Source: Vulcanimicrobiales bacterium
GTDB taxonomy: Bacteria; Vulcanimicrobiota; Vulcanimicrobiia; Vulcanimicrobiales; Vulcanimicrobiaceae
Direction of reading: 5' to 3'
Length of the DNA: 47,365 nt
NCBI GenBank assembly: GCA_038215615.1
Contig: JBBQQR010000015.1
Coordinates: 1-47,365, forward strand
The notes below the pieces were generated by a model. It was not told where the DNA came from. It ran no database searches and was given only the letters and a program-made list of their open reading frames with translations. The position numbers and the translations under genes are program-made. How positions within the stretch are numbered: position 1 is the stretch's first letter; each line of letters starts with the position of its first letter. Positions 9,159 through 18,343 of this stretch are shown in pieces.

Positions 9159-10325
9159 ATGGCTATGAACACAACTGTTACACCGCCGGCGGCCGGACAG
9201 TCCGGTCTGCGGGGCGCCGTCGTGGGCGACACGCGCCTTTCTTCCATCAATGGTGAGGAAGGCAAGCTCATCTACCGCGGCATCGATATCCACGACCTCG
9301 CGCGACACTCGACCTTCGAAGAGATCACGTACTTGCTTTGGTTCGGTTCCTTACCAACGCAAGCGCACTTGGACGAGTTTCGCGCGCGCCTCGCCAGCCA
9401 TCGCGCGCTTCCGCCGCAGCTGCTCGCGCTGCTGCGCGACCTGCCCAAAACGGGCAGCCCGATGGACGCGCTGCGCACGGCGGTCTCGGCGCTCGGCCTC
9501 TTCGACCCCGACGTCAACGCCACGTCCCCTGAATCCCATATCGAAAAAGCCGTCCGGCTGACAGCAATCTTTCCGACCATACTCGCCGCCTATCATCGCA
9601 TCGCCGAAAATCTGGAACCGCTGGCGCCCGATCCCAATCTGGACACGGCTAGCAACTTTCTCTACATGTTTGACGGAAAGGCGCCTGACACGCAGGCGGC
9701 ACGCGTGCTCGACGTTTCGCTGATCTTGCACGCCGACCACGGGATGAACGCTTCGACGTTTTCCGCGATCGTCACCGCTGCCACGCTCTCCGACATGTAC
9801 GCCGCGATTACGTCGGCGATCGGCACGCTCAAAGGCCCGCTGCACGGCGGCGCTAACGAAGGCGTGATCCATAATCTGCTTGAGATCGGTGACATCGGTG
9901 CCGTCGATCAGTGGGTCGAGAAGAAATTCGCCGCGCATGAAAAAATTATGGGGTTCGGGCACGCCGTCTACAAAGCGTATGATCCGCGCGCTACGGAGCT
10001 CAAGACAATCGCGCTCGAAGTGGGCTCGAAGGCCGGCAGCACCAAATGGGTCGAGATGACCGAACGCATGGAACAAGCGGTTTGGAGAATCAAGCAGCTC
10101 TATCCCAACGTCGATCTCTATTCGGCTTCGGTCTATTACACGCTCGGCATTCCGACGCCGTATTTCACGCCGGTCTTTGCGATTAGCCGCGTTTCGGGTT
10201 GGACGGCGCACTGCATGGAGCAGTACGCGGACAATAAGCTCATTCGGCCGCGCGCAAATTATGTCGGTGGACGCGGAGTCGCATACGTACCGATCGCGGA
10301 GCGCAGCCAAGACATCGCCGTCTAG
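9159..10325 (+). CDS. gltA: Citrate synthase
   Basis: [42 protein letters not shown]. Confidence 0.93.
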   Translation: MAMNTTVTPPAAGQSGLRGAVVGDTRLSSINGEEGKLIYRGIDIHDLARHSTFEEITYLLWFGSLPTQAHLDEFRARLASHRALPPQLLALLRDLPKTGSPMDALRTAVSALGLFDPDVNATSPESHIEKAVRLTAIFPTILAAYHRIAENLEPLAPDPNLDTASNFLYMFDGKAPDTQAARVLDVSLILHADHGMNASTFSAIVTAATLSDMYAAITSAIGTLKGPLHGGANEGVIHNLLEIGDIGAVDQWVEKKFAAHEKIMGFGHAVYKAYDPRATELKTIALEVGSKAGSTKWVEMTERMEQAVWRIKQLYPNVDLYSASVYYTLGIPTPYFTPVFAISRVSGWTAHCMEQYADNKLIRPRANYVGGRGVAYVPIAERSQDIAV

Positions 10326-10342
10326 CCGCCGAAAGGCCGCGC

Positions 10343-11656
10343 ATGATCGAGGCCGCGCTCTACAATCAATGTGTTCGGTGCGGCCTCTGTTTGCCAACGT
10401 GCCCCACCTATATCGAAACGCTCACGGAAACGTCGGGGCCGCGCGGTCGCATCAGTCTCATCAAGGACGTCGCCGAGGGACGGCTCGACGTGCTTTCGCC
10501 CGGCTTCGTTCATCAAATGTCGGAATGTCTGGACTGCCGGGCGTGTGCCGCCGTCTGTCCGAGCGGAGTGCAGTACGGGACGCTGGTCGAATCGGCGCGC
10601 GCGCGGATCGAACGGGCGAAGGCGCCGCGGCGAGACTTCTTCTCACGCTTCGCGCGCTGGTTCGCCCTCAAAGCGCTCTTCGGAAATCTCGAGCTCATGC
10701 GCACCGGTGCGGCGTTTCTGCGATTCTATCAGCGATCGGGCTTGCAAAGTCTGGTCCGGGCGACCGGTCTTCTCCGGCTTTTCCATTTGAGCGACGCCGA
10801 AGCGTTCGCTCCTCCCATTTCCAAGAAGTTTTTCGTTCCGGACGGTCAAGTTTTCGAAGCCCCGGGCGCGCGTCTGAAAATCATGCTTCACGCCGGTTGT
10901 GTGATGCAAGTCGCATTTGCGCACGTACACCAAGCGACCGTACGTGTTTTGACGCGCAACCGCTGCACGGTCGTCATCCCCGCGGACCAAGGCTGCTGCG
11001 GCGCGATCGCGATTCACGCCGGCGAGCCTGAATTTTCCGAAACGTTAGCCAAGCGGAATATCGAGGCGTTCGAAATGTCGGGAGCTGATTTCTACATCGT
11101 CAACGCCGCAGGCTGCGGTTCGGCCCTCAAGGAGTACGGCGAGTTGCTCTCGGGCGACCCGCGGTGGGCCGAGCGCGCCGAAACGTTTTCGAAGCGAGTC
11201 TGCGACGTGCTTGAGTTTTTGGATCGGCTCGAACTCAATCCGCGCATGGGCCGGCTCGATGAGATTGTGACCTATCAAGAACCGTGCCATCTCGTGCACG
11301 CGCAGCGCATTTCGGAAGCGCCGCGGCGGCTGCTCGCGCAGATTCCCGGCCTGCGGCTGCACGAGATGAACGAAAGCTCGGTCTGCTGCGGCAGCGCCGG
11401 CATCTACAATTTGACCGAACCGGCGATGTCCAAACGCCTACGCGATCGTAAAGTGGCAAGCATCATTGCAACCGGCGCGCACGTCGTTGCAACGGCCAAT
11501 CCCGGGTGCGATATGCAGGTTACGGCGGGCTTAAAAAACGCCGGCTATTCAGCCCGCGTGCAGCATGTCGTCGAGATCTTGGACGAGGCTTACGGCAATT
11601 ACAGCGAGGGAACGAGCCGGTCGCGGTCCTCAAGCGCCGCTTCGGTCGAAGGATAG
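10343..11656 (+). CDS. glcF: GlcF-like Fe-S oxidoreductase (2x4Fe-4S plus two CCG domains)
   Basis: CVRCGLCLPTCP, CLDCRACAAVCPSG, QGCCGA, VCCGSAGIYN, ANPGC. Confidence 0.85.
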   Translation: MIEAALYNQCVRCGLCLPTCPTYIETLTETSGPRGRISLIKDVAEGRLDVLSPGFVHQMSECLDCRACAAVCPSGVQYGTLVESARARIERAKAPRRDFFSRFARWFALKALFGNLELMRTGAAFLRFYQRSGLQSLVRATGLLRLFHLSDAEAFAPPISKKFFVPDGQVFEAPGARLKIMLHAGCVMQVAFAHVHQATVRVLTRNRCTVVIPADQGCCGAIAIHAGEPEFSETLAKRNIEAFEMSGADFYIVNAAGCGSALKEYGELLSGDPRWAERAETFSKRVCDVLEFLDRLELNPRMGRLDEIVTYQEPCHLVHAQRISEAPRRLLAQIPGLRLHEMNESSVCCGSAGIYNLTEPAMSKRLRDRKVASIIATGAHVVATANPGCDMQVTAGLKNAGYSARVQHVVEILDEAYGNYSEGTSRSRSSSAASVEG

Positions 11657-11973
11657 ACCGCCAGCACATTCATCAGGCCCGTAATTGTGAACAGCCGCTC
11701 GATCGGGCCGGGCGATATGATCAACCGAACGCGCCCGCTGTGTTCGAGTGCGCGTTTGTGCGCGCCGATCAGTGCGCCCAGACCGCTCGAATCAAGAAAC
11801 TCGAGATGCGTGAGATCGACGACGATGTCGTGCTTGCCTTCGTCGGCAGCTTCCATCAGCGCAGCGCGCAGTGACGGCGCAGTTTCGAAATCCAGACTTC
11901 CCTTGAGCGTGTAGACGATCGCATCGCCATCGTGCTCCGGCTTTATGTCTACGGTAAGTGCCTCATGCGCCAT
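11599..11973 (-). CDS. STAS-domain anti-sigma factor antagonist (RsbV/SpoIIAA-like)
   Basis: GSLDFETAP; VVDLTHLEFLDSSGLGAL containing the phosphorylatable Ser. Confidence 0.88.
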   Translation of the reverse strand: MAHEALTVDIKPEHDGDAIVYTLKGSLDFETAPSLRAALMEAADEGKHDIVVDLTHLEFLDSSGLGALIGAHKRALEHSGRVRLIISPGPIERLFTITGLMNVLAVYPSTEAALEDRDRLVPSL

Positions 11974-12910
11974 GCGATTCTGCTTTCTCGAAAGCATTGG
12001 TCGTTTCATCCCAGCGCCAATGTTGTGCCGAGGTTAATCGGACGCCTCCGATCCAGCGATCCAGCGGCTGTTGATCGAGCCAGTCCGCATCGCCGCCCAG
12101 CACGCGTCTGCCAAGCACCGTCACGTCGTAGCCTTTTTCCAATTGCGCCAAGAGCGGCGCGGGCTGCGCACTCAGATCCGCGATTACGCGATAGCATGCC
12201 GTGTCGCCCATGAACGCGGCTTCTTCTCTCGCCTGCGCGCGACGGAAGATCTCTTCGGCGGGCGCCGTTCCTTGTGCGGCCGCTTCCAGCACGTGTTTTT
12301 GAGAACGGGATAGACCATTTGCAAGCGCCGGGTATTCTTCGCAGAGGCGCTTGAAAGCGTCATGCAAGAACGGCAGCCCTGCGAACCGGTCGCCGGCTTC
12401 TGCCTGCAGCATGGCCGGATCCGCGTCCGTAAATGCACTCCACGCCCGGGCGGCAGCATCGGACGTGGCCGACGTTACAAAGCGCCGCTTGCCAAGAAGC
12501 GCCATCAGCTCGTCGGGGATCATCGTTCCGAGGTATTGGTCGGACTGCACGAGCTGCACACTTCCCGAGCCCATGCCCATATCGCGGAGCGTCGTCAGGA
12601 TTTGCAGCAAATGCAGCTGGTCGTACAGATCGTGTTCGAACCATAATACGACTTCATCGAATTCTCCGGCGCGCCGCAACAGCGCATCGCGCTTTTCGAA
12701 GTCGTGGTGAATCTTTATGGGATTGCCATATCCGCGATCGCAGAGAAACTGAGCGCGCACGCGGCTTAGTTCTTCGAGCGGCAAGCCCGCCGGAACCGGG
12801 CCTTCCTGCAGAACGTCGCGCCACGCAAGGTGCGTGCCAAGCAACCCCGCCTTTTTCCAGCTGTAAAGGACGGAGTCTCCGTTCGTAATGTGGAGGCTGC
12901 TAGTGCTCAC
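11963..12910 (-). CDS. DUF1835-domain protein
   Basis: LHITNGDS, WRDVLQEGPV, VVLWFEHDLYDQL, NGLSRSQ, FMGD, DRWIGGV. Confidence 0.8.
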   Translation of the reverse strand: MSTSSLHITNGDSVLYSWKKAGLLGTHLAWRDVLQEGPVPAGLPLEELSRVRAQFLCDRGYGNPIKIHHDFEKRDALLRRAGEFDEVVLWFEHDLYDQLHLLQILTTLRDMGMGSGSVQLVQSDQYLGTMIPDELMALLGKRRFVTSATSDAAARAWSAFTDADPAMLQAEAGDRFAGLPFLHDAFKRLCEEYPALANGLSRSQKHVLEAAAQGTAPAEEIFRRAQAREEAAFMGDTACYRVIADLSAQPAPLLAQLEKGYDVTVLGRRVLGGDADWLDQQPLDRWIGGVRLTSAQHWRWDETTNAFEKAESHGA

Positions 12911-12937
12911 AAGCGCGGGAGACTCCTTAAGGTAGTT

Positions 12938-12963
12938 CTGGGGCGGCTGGATTCGAACCAACG
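12938..12963 (-). repeat. 26-bp exact copy of the tRNA-Gln 3' end (att-like)
   Basis: CTGGGGCGGCTGGATTCGAACCAACG is identical to 13013..13038. Confidence 0.9.
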
Positions 12964-13004
12964 CCCTTCGGCTGGGCGCGCAATTGCGCGCCGCTCAGGA
13001 TGAC
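12964..13004. repeat. REP-like palindromic element
   Basis: CCCTTCGGCTG-[GGCGCGCAATTGCGCGCC, a perfect 18-bp palindrome at 12975..12992]-GCTCAGGATGAC. Confidence 0.55.
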
Positions 13005-13012
13005 GGCGAATA

Positions 13013-13084
13013 CTGGGGCGGCTGGATTCGAACCAACGAATGGCGGATTCAAAGCCCGCTGCCTTACCACTTGGCGACGCCCCA
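13013..13084 (-). tRNA. tRNA-Gln(TTG)
   Basis: TGGGGCG acceptor stem, D loop GCCAAGTGGTAAGGC, anticodon loop CTTTGAA, T arm GGTTCGAATCC; CCA not encoded. Confidence 0.95.
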
Positions 13085-13105
13085 GCGGCGCGACATGGAA
13101 CATAC

Positions 13106-13131
13106 GAAAAGGCGCCCGCAGGCGCCTTTTC
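13106..13131. terminator. Intrinsic terminator downstream of the NlpC/P60 gene
   Basis: GAAAAGGCGCC-CGCA-GGCGCCTTTTC. Confidence 0.75.
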
Positions 13132-13154
13132 TGGTCTTCTACCCGGATGGGTGC

Positions 13155-13757
13155 TTAGTGCAGCGACATCACCCGTTTTGCGCCGAGGTAACGTGCCGAC
13201 CAGTATGAATCTGAAAGGCTGCTGACCATGACGCCGTGGCTGGAACTAGCGTGGGCGAAGTGGCCGTGGCCCAGGTAGATGCCGACGTGTGACGGGCCCG
13301 GCTCGTAGGTCTGAAAGAACACGAGATCGCCGGTTTTGATACCGCCGAGGGCCCGGCTGCCGGCGTAAAATTGCGCGTCAGCGGTCCGGGGCAAGTGAAC
13401 GCCGAGCATCGCGTAGACGTGCTGCACGTAGCCTGAGCAGTCGAATCCGTAGCCGCTGGTTCCACCGAAAACGTAGGGTGTGCCGAGGAAGCGCAGGGCG
13501 CTCCGAGTCAGCGTGTTGGCGATCCGCGCCGTGCGCGTAAACAGGCGGCTCGCAAATCTCGCCATGTCATGGTGTCTGGCGGCGTGGGCCGCGGGATGGG
13601 GGGCTATGCCGGTCCATTGAACGACATCCGGGCTCCCGGCAAGTTCCGATGCCGTGACCGCAGAGTGGGTCGCCGGGGCGGTTGGATTGGCCTGGGCAAA
13701 TGCATTGCTGCCGGCGAGTAAAAACGCCAATGCCGCGGGTGCTAAAAGATAACGCAA
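13155..13757 (-). CDS. Secreted NlpC/P60 (C40) peptidoglycan endopeptidase
   Basis: Signal peptide; LGTPYVFGG, FDCSG, GDLVFF, SHVGIYLG, HAS; TTG start with AGAGGAG SD. Confidence 0.92.
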   Translation of the reverse strand: MRYLLAPAALAFLLAGSNAFAQANPTAPATHSAVTASELAGSPDVVQWTGIAPHPAAHAARHHDMARFASRLFTRTARIANTLTRSALRFLGTPYVFGGTSGYGFDCSGYVQHVYAMLGVHLPRTADAQFYAGSRALGGIKTGDLVFFQTYEPGPSHVGIYLGHGHFAHASSSHGVMVSSLSDSYWSARYLGAKRVMSLH

Positions 13758-13775
13758 AACTGCTCCTCTTTCAAA

Positions 13776-13888
13776 ACACTTGCGGGGTTAGTTGACGGGT
13801 TCGGACGTGAAAGATCGCCCTAGGGCCGACCGGCCCATTCACCCCACCGGAGAATCCCCCGCTCCAGGCTGCTCCCGGACTCAGTGAT
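13776..13888 (-). promoter_or_regulatory. c-di-AMP (ydaO/yuaA) riboswitch
   Basis: Minus strand reads CACTGAGTCC..GGAGCGGGGGA..TGGGGTGAAT..TAGGG..CCGAACCCGTCAACTAACCCCGCAAGTG, matching the ydaO consensus, in the leader of a cell-wall hydrolase gene. Confidence 0.9.
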
Positions 13889-13995
13889 TACTGGCAGGTT
13901 CCTACGCCGGGCCTCATACGGCCGGCGTCCTTAGCGCCCATTCTTTCCCCCCAGGCTCGGGTGTCCTTCCCCGGGGCTCTTCCTTGGCGCTTGAC

Positions 13996-15378
13996 TTAGT
14001 ATTCGGCAGCGGGCTCCATAACTGTAGCCGCTGCCTCTTCTATGCGGCCGGCCAAATCGCGCGCGTACGCCTCGACTCGGGTCCGGTCGTCGCCCTCGAC
14101 CATAACACGGATGAGGGGCTCAGTACCCGACGGACGTATCAGCAATCGTCCATTTCCTGTTAAGTTCTCCTCAACTTCCCTTATGGCGCGCTTAATCTCA
14201 GGCCGCTCGAGCACTTCTTTGCGGCTGGTCCGGACGTTGAGCAGTATCTGCGGATAGACCGCTAGCTCGCTTGCCAGCTCGTGCAAGGTCTTGCCCCGGC
14301 GGACTAAAGCGGAGAAAAGCTCGATTGCGGTTTTCGGCCCGTCGCCGGTCGTGTTGTTGCGCAGATTAATGATGTGCCCCGACTGCTCGCCGCCAAAGAC
14401 ATATCCGCCCTCGCGCATCTTCTCCAGCACGTAGCGGTCGCCGACCGCGGCACGCAACAACGTGATCCCGCGTGCCTTGAGCGCTTTTTCAAGACCTAAA
14501 TTGCTCATGACCGTGCCGACCACGGTGTCGCCGGTAAGCTCGCCGCGATCGTGTAATTCGCCGCCGAGGATCAGCATGGTATGGTCCCCATTGCAAATGG
14601 CGCCGGCTTCATCCACGAAAAGTGCACGATCCGCATCGCCGTCGAACGCGACGCCTATCGCTTTGCCGCTTTCGCCGTTCAACGCCGTCACACGCCGCTG
14701 CAGCGCGCGCAGATCCGTCGCGCCGCATTCGACATTGATCCGCGATCCGTCGTCTTCACAGTTGATCTCGTGCACTGTTGCGCCGAGCTTGCGTAACGCA
14801 TACGGCGCAACCGCATAGGCCGCACCGAAAGCGCCGTCGACCACGACCGTGAGACCGCTAAGGCTCTCGGCGCCGGCGTAGAGCTCTTCGTAATAGTATT
14901 TGCCGAGATTCATCGCGTTTTTCGCAACGCCCACGTCCGCGCCCGATGGCCGCGCTTGATCGTCCGGGCTGTGGAGCAAAGCTTCAATCGTGTTTTCTGT
15001 TGCGTCGGAGAGTTTGAATCCGTCGGGGCCGAAGAATTTTATGCCATTGTCGGCGATCGGATTATGCGAGGCGCTGATCATCACGCCCGCAGCCGCACCC
15101 GTGCGCACGGTAATGGCGGCAACCGCGGGCGTCGGCAGGACGCCGACCGTCAGTGCGTCGCGCCCGATCGATGTAATGCCGGCGACAATTGCAGCCTCGA
15201 GCATTGGACCCGAGAGGCGCGTGTCGCGTGCAACAACGATCGGACGATGCCGGTCACTGCTGTTTGCGAGCACGGCCGCTCCCGCGCGGCCAACGGAGAA
15301 AGCCAGCTCTGGCGTCAGGTCGATATTGGCGACGCCACGAACCCCGTCGGTACCGAAAAGGCGGCCTTTACCGGCCAC
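13996..15378 (-). CDS. glmM: Phosphoglucosamine mutase
   Basis: LFGTDGVRG, MISASHNP, AFDGDADR, GGEQSGH, RPSGTEPLIRVMVE. Confidence 0.95.
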   Translation of the reverse strand: MAGKGRLFGTDGVRGVANIDLTPELAFSVGRAGAAVLANSSDRHRPIVVARDTRLSGPMLEAAIVAGITSIGRDALTVGVLPTPAVAAITVRTGAAAGVMISASHNPIADNGIKFFGPDGFKLSDATENTIEALLHSPDDQARPSGADVGVAKNAMNLGKYYYEELYAGAESLSGLTVVVDGAFGAAYAVAPYALRKLGATVHEINCEDDGSRINVECGATDLRALQRRVTALNGESGKAIGVAFDGDADRALFVDEAGAICNGDHTMLILGGELHDRGELTGDTVVGTVMSNLGLEKALKARGITLLRAAVGDRYVLEKMREGGYVFGGEQSGHIINLRNNTTGDGPKTAIELFSALVRRGKTLHELASELAVYPQILLNVRTSRKEVLERPEIKRAIREVEENLTGNGRLLIRPSGTEPLIRVMVEGDDRTRVEAYARDLAGRIEEAAATVMEPAAEY

Positions 15379-16036
15379 GCGCCGCCGCAGTTCCAGGAAG
15401 AAACTTCGCCTGAACGCGCACGAGATTGGGCACTACCTGAACGTTGGATATTTCTTGTCCCGCTGAATTGACCGCGACCGGACGAATCATCGCGTCGAGC
15501 CTCGCCTTGCCGCTGGCCAGCTGGATATCCACGCGCACGGTTGCTACCTGCGAAAGCGCGTCGGTCGGCCCGCGCACAACCGCGGTCGCAGGCGTCAGCG
15601 CGAAGTGACTCACGACGACGTCGCCTTGCCCGCCGTAATGGATCGCAAGCGGAAACGTCTTTTGATCCATCTTCGCGATCGTCAGGGAGATCGACGCCGG
15701 GCTGAGCGACTGCACGACAACGTTGGGCGCGACCAGCTGTACCGGAACGTTATACACGCCTGCGCTACGATTCGATAGATCGAGGACCGCCTTGATCTCT
15801 TGCTGTTTTATCGGCGGCTCGCCGGGCTTTGGGATGATCGCCACGGTGGCGGCCTTGTCGGAATAGGTGGCAATCAGACCGGCCGGCAAGTTCACGGACG
15901 TGATCGGCACCGTCAGGTGTTCTTCGAAGGTCGGCACCAGCGCGCTGCCGGCAAGACGGAAGTAGGCCCAGCCGATGAGCGCGAGCAGAACGGAAAGCGC
16001 TTTGAGCGCGAAATTATGACGGATGATCTGCAGCAT
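15368..16036 (-). CDS. cdaR: CdaR/YbbR-like regulator of diadenylate cyclase
   Basis: N-terminal NFALKALSVLLALIGW transmembrane segment; YbbR-like repeats; position between cdaA and glmM. Confidence 0.8.
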   Translation of the reverse strand: MLQIIRHNFALKALSVLLALIGWAYFRLAGSALVPTFEEHLTVPITSVNLPAGLIATYSDKAATVAIIPKPGEPPIKQQEIKAVLDLSNRSAGVYNVPVQLVAPNVVVQSLSPASISLTIAKMDQKTFPLAIHYGGQGDVVVSHFALTPATAVVRGPTDALSQVATVRVDIQLASGKARLDAMIRPVAVNSAGQEISNVQVVPNLVRVQAKFLPGTAAARGR

Positions 16037-16889
16037 GGTCTTGGGCCGCGCCCTTGCGCGGAGGCGTCAGCCGGGCTCTCAAATTGCGGACCAAATCGCG
16101 GCGCATCGCGCCGGGATCGCGGTGTGGCCGCGTTGCCGCCAGTAAGAAACGAAAGAGGCGCGACTCTTCCTCGATCGATCGGGTGAGTTTTCCGTCTCGA
16201 GCGACCGCCACGGTGCCGCTCTCGGAAACAACGATCACCACGGCGTCGGTTTGTTCGGAAAGGCCGAGCGCGGCGCGATGACGCGTTCCTAACCGCGGTT
16301 CGCCCAGCGACTGTTCGGCCAGCGGCAAAAGACAGGCGGCAGCTTCAACGGTATCTTCGCGCACGATCGCGGCGCCGTCGTGCAGCGGCGAACGCGGCGA
16401 GAAAATTGAGAGCAGCAGCTCGGCGGAGAGGCTCGCGTTCAGCAGCGTACCGCTCTCCACGAATTCCTTGAGTCCGGTTTGCTGCTCGATGACGATCAGT
16501 GCGCCGATCTTCTCGCGCGAAAGTAAGAATGACGTGCGAGCGAGGATCGACATCGCGCGGTCCTCGGTCCGGTTTTGGCGCTCGACGTCTTCGGAGCGAA
16601 AGATTCCTCCGCGGCCGAGCCGCTCCAACGCGCGCCGCAGTTCCGGCTGAAAAATGATCGGCAACGAAACGGCTGCGCCTAGCAGCGCGAGTTTCAAGAT
16701 CGTGCCGAGCAGAAACAGATTCAGGAACGTTGCAAACCCCAACAGCGCGACCAGGACCAACACACCGGTCAAAATTTGAACGGCTCGCGTTCCTCGTATC
16801 AGCAGCACCAGATAATAGATCAGCACGCTGGTTGCCACGATGTCCAAGACGTCGGTCGGCGCAAACGAGTGAAGCAAGCTATTCCACAC
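16014..16889 (-). CDS. cdaA: Diadenylate cyclase CdaA/DacA
   Basis: Three transmembrane helices; IIFQPELRRALE; catalytic PLHDGA and GTRHRAA. Confidence 0.93.
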   Translation of the reverse strand: MWNSLLHSFAPTDVLDIVATSVLIYYLVLLIRGTRAVQILTGVLVLVALLGFATFLNLFLLGTILKLALLGAAVSLPIIFQPELRRALERLGRGGIFRSEDVERQNRTEDRAMSILARTSFLLSREKIGALIVIEQQTGLKEFVESGTLLNASLSAELLLSIFSPRSPLHDGAAIVREDTVEAAACLLPLAEQSLGEPRLGTRHRAALGLSEQTDAVVIVVSESGTVAVARDGKLTRSIEEESRLFRFLLAATRPHRDPGAMRRDLVRNLRARLTPPRKGAAQDHAADHPS

Positions 16890-17427
16890 CGGTCTGCTCC
16901 AACAACGTTTCCAGAATGCGGCCGGGCGCAATCTCGGCAGCCTGCAGACCATCTGCTGCGACCAGCGCCACAACCTCGGGCGGCAGCGGGTTCAGCAAAG
17001 TCACCTTACGGTAGCCGCGAAAACGGCGCAGCTCGACGTCGACGATCTTCAGAACGAGCGACGGCATCGTTCGCGCCGGCGCAAATTCGATAACCACGCT
17101 ATCCGCCAGCACGGCACAATCGAGGCCGCCCGCGACGCCGCCGCCTGCAGAAAATGCCCCCGCAATCGCACGCAAGGCATCCCCGGGCGTTGGTTCAATT
17201 GCAAGAGCGATGATCGTTTCCTCATACCATCGCGCGCCCGGAAGTGTTTTCGCGACTTCGGCGGGCTCGAGCGAAGCCGGCCCCTGGACGAGGCCGTATG
17301 TCCGGCCGGCGGCCGCGTAAGGCGCACCGAACTGCAACGACGAACCACCGGGTAAAGATGCCGACATCTTCCGCTGCATTACGCCGTCAATCGTTTCGTC
17401 GAAACGAACTGTTCGCGCCCAATTCAC
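16879..17427 (-). CDS. Hypothetical protein overlapping the cdaA start
   Basis: ORF end overlaps the cdaA start by 11 bp; start uncertain. Confidence 0.6.
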   Translation of the reverse strand: MNWARTVRFDETIDGVMQRKMSASLPGGSSLQFGAPYAAAGRTYGLVQGPASLEPAEVAKTLPGARWYEETIIALAIEPTPGDALRAIAGAFSAGGGVAGGLDCAVLADSVVIEFAPARTMPSLVLKIVDVELRRFRGYRKVTLLNPLPPEVVALVAADGLQAAEIAPGRILETLLEQTGVE

Positions 17428-17446
17428 TGCATCAATCGTTAGGCGT

Positions 17447-18343
17447 GTGAACGAGCTCTTCCCGGGCCTCGTGCTCGGCATCGGCAAGAACTCGGCTTGG
17501 ATAGCCTTGGACGGCGAAGCGGAGCCGCGCATGGCGTCGCTCAAGCGGATGCGCGGGAAACGTGAAATGCCTGTCTCGGGCGATCGCGTGGAGGCGCGGA
17601 TTCTCGAAGACGAGAGCGCGCTGATCGAGCGCATCCTCCCGCGAGAATCAACGCTGACGCGGCGCATGGCGCGCGGCCGCGCCAAAGTGATGGCGGCTAA
17701 CGTGAATACGCTGGTCACGGTAACGTCGCTTGCGGATCCGCCGCCTCGCTTGACAACGCTCGATCAACTCTTGGTCTATTCGGAGCTCGAATCGATCAAC
17801 GCCATCGTGATCTTCACCAAGCCGGACCGCGCGGCGCCCAGCCTGCGCAAGGAGCTGGGTTCGCTTTATGAGTCGCTCGGTTATACCACGCTGGTGGTCA
17901 ATCCGAAGACCGGTCAAAACATGGACGAGCTGCGCGAAAATTTGGCCGGCCGCAAAGCGATGCTCGCTGGAGTCTCAGGCGTCGGCAAGAGTTCGATCTT
18001 TCGCGCGCTCGGCGGCATCGCCACCGTCGGCGAACTCTCTCGCACCGGCTTGGGCAAGCAGACGACCAGCACCGCGCGCCTCTACCGCCTGCCCTCGGGC
18101 TTCCTTATAGACAGCCCCGGCGTAGCCGAGTTTGGCCTCGGAGAGGCGACGCCGGCGGAAATCGTGCAAGGCTTCCCGGAACTGCGCGAACGGGCGGCAG
18201 CCTGCAAATTTAACGACTGCGGCCACCTCACCGAACCCGGGTGCGCGGTACGCTTGGCGGTAGAGGCCGGGGCCATCGAACCGAGCCGCTACGAGAGCTA
18301 CCTGCGGATCGTAGAAATGTGCTATACTGCGCCTCGTGCCTAA
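17447..18343 (+). CDS. rsgA: Ribosome small subunit-dependent GTPase A
   Basis: Circularly permuted GTPase (TKPD, GVSGVGKSS, GKQTT, DSPG); Zn finger CKFNDCGHLTEPGC. Confidence 0.93.
   Translation: MNELFPGLVLGIGKNSAWIALDGEAEPRMASLKRMRGKREMPVSGDRVEARILEDESALIERILPRESTLTRRMARGRAKVMAANVNTLVTVTSLADPPPRLTTLDQLLVYSELESINAIVIFTKPDRAAPSLRKELGSLYESLGYTTLVVNPKTGQNMDELRENLAGRKAMLAGVSGVGKSSIFRALGGIATVGELSRTGLGKQTTSTARLYRLPSGFLIDSPGVAEFGLGEATPAEIVQGFPELRERAAACKFNDCGHLTEPGCAVRLAVEAGAIEPSRYESYLRIVEMCYTAPRA

Noticed and set aside
9351..10397. Long antisense ORFs (also 8357..9157, 43377..44387, 20481..21329)
   Set aside because: Shadows of well-supported genes in high-GC DNA, with no motifs.
12984..13225. 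Short ORFs over the tRNA region
   Set aside because: They are translations of the tRNA-Gln antisense strand and the terminator.
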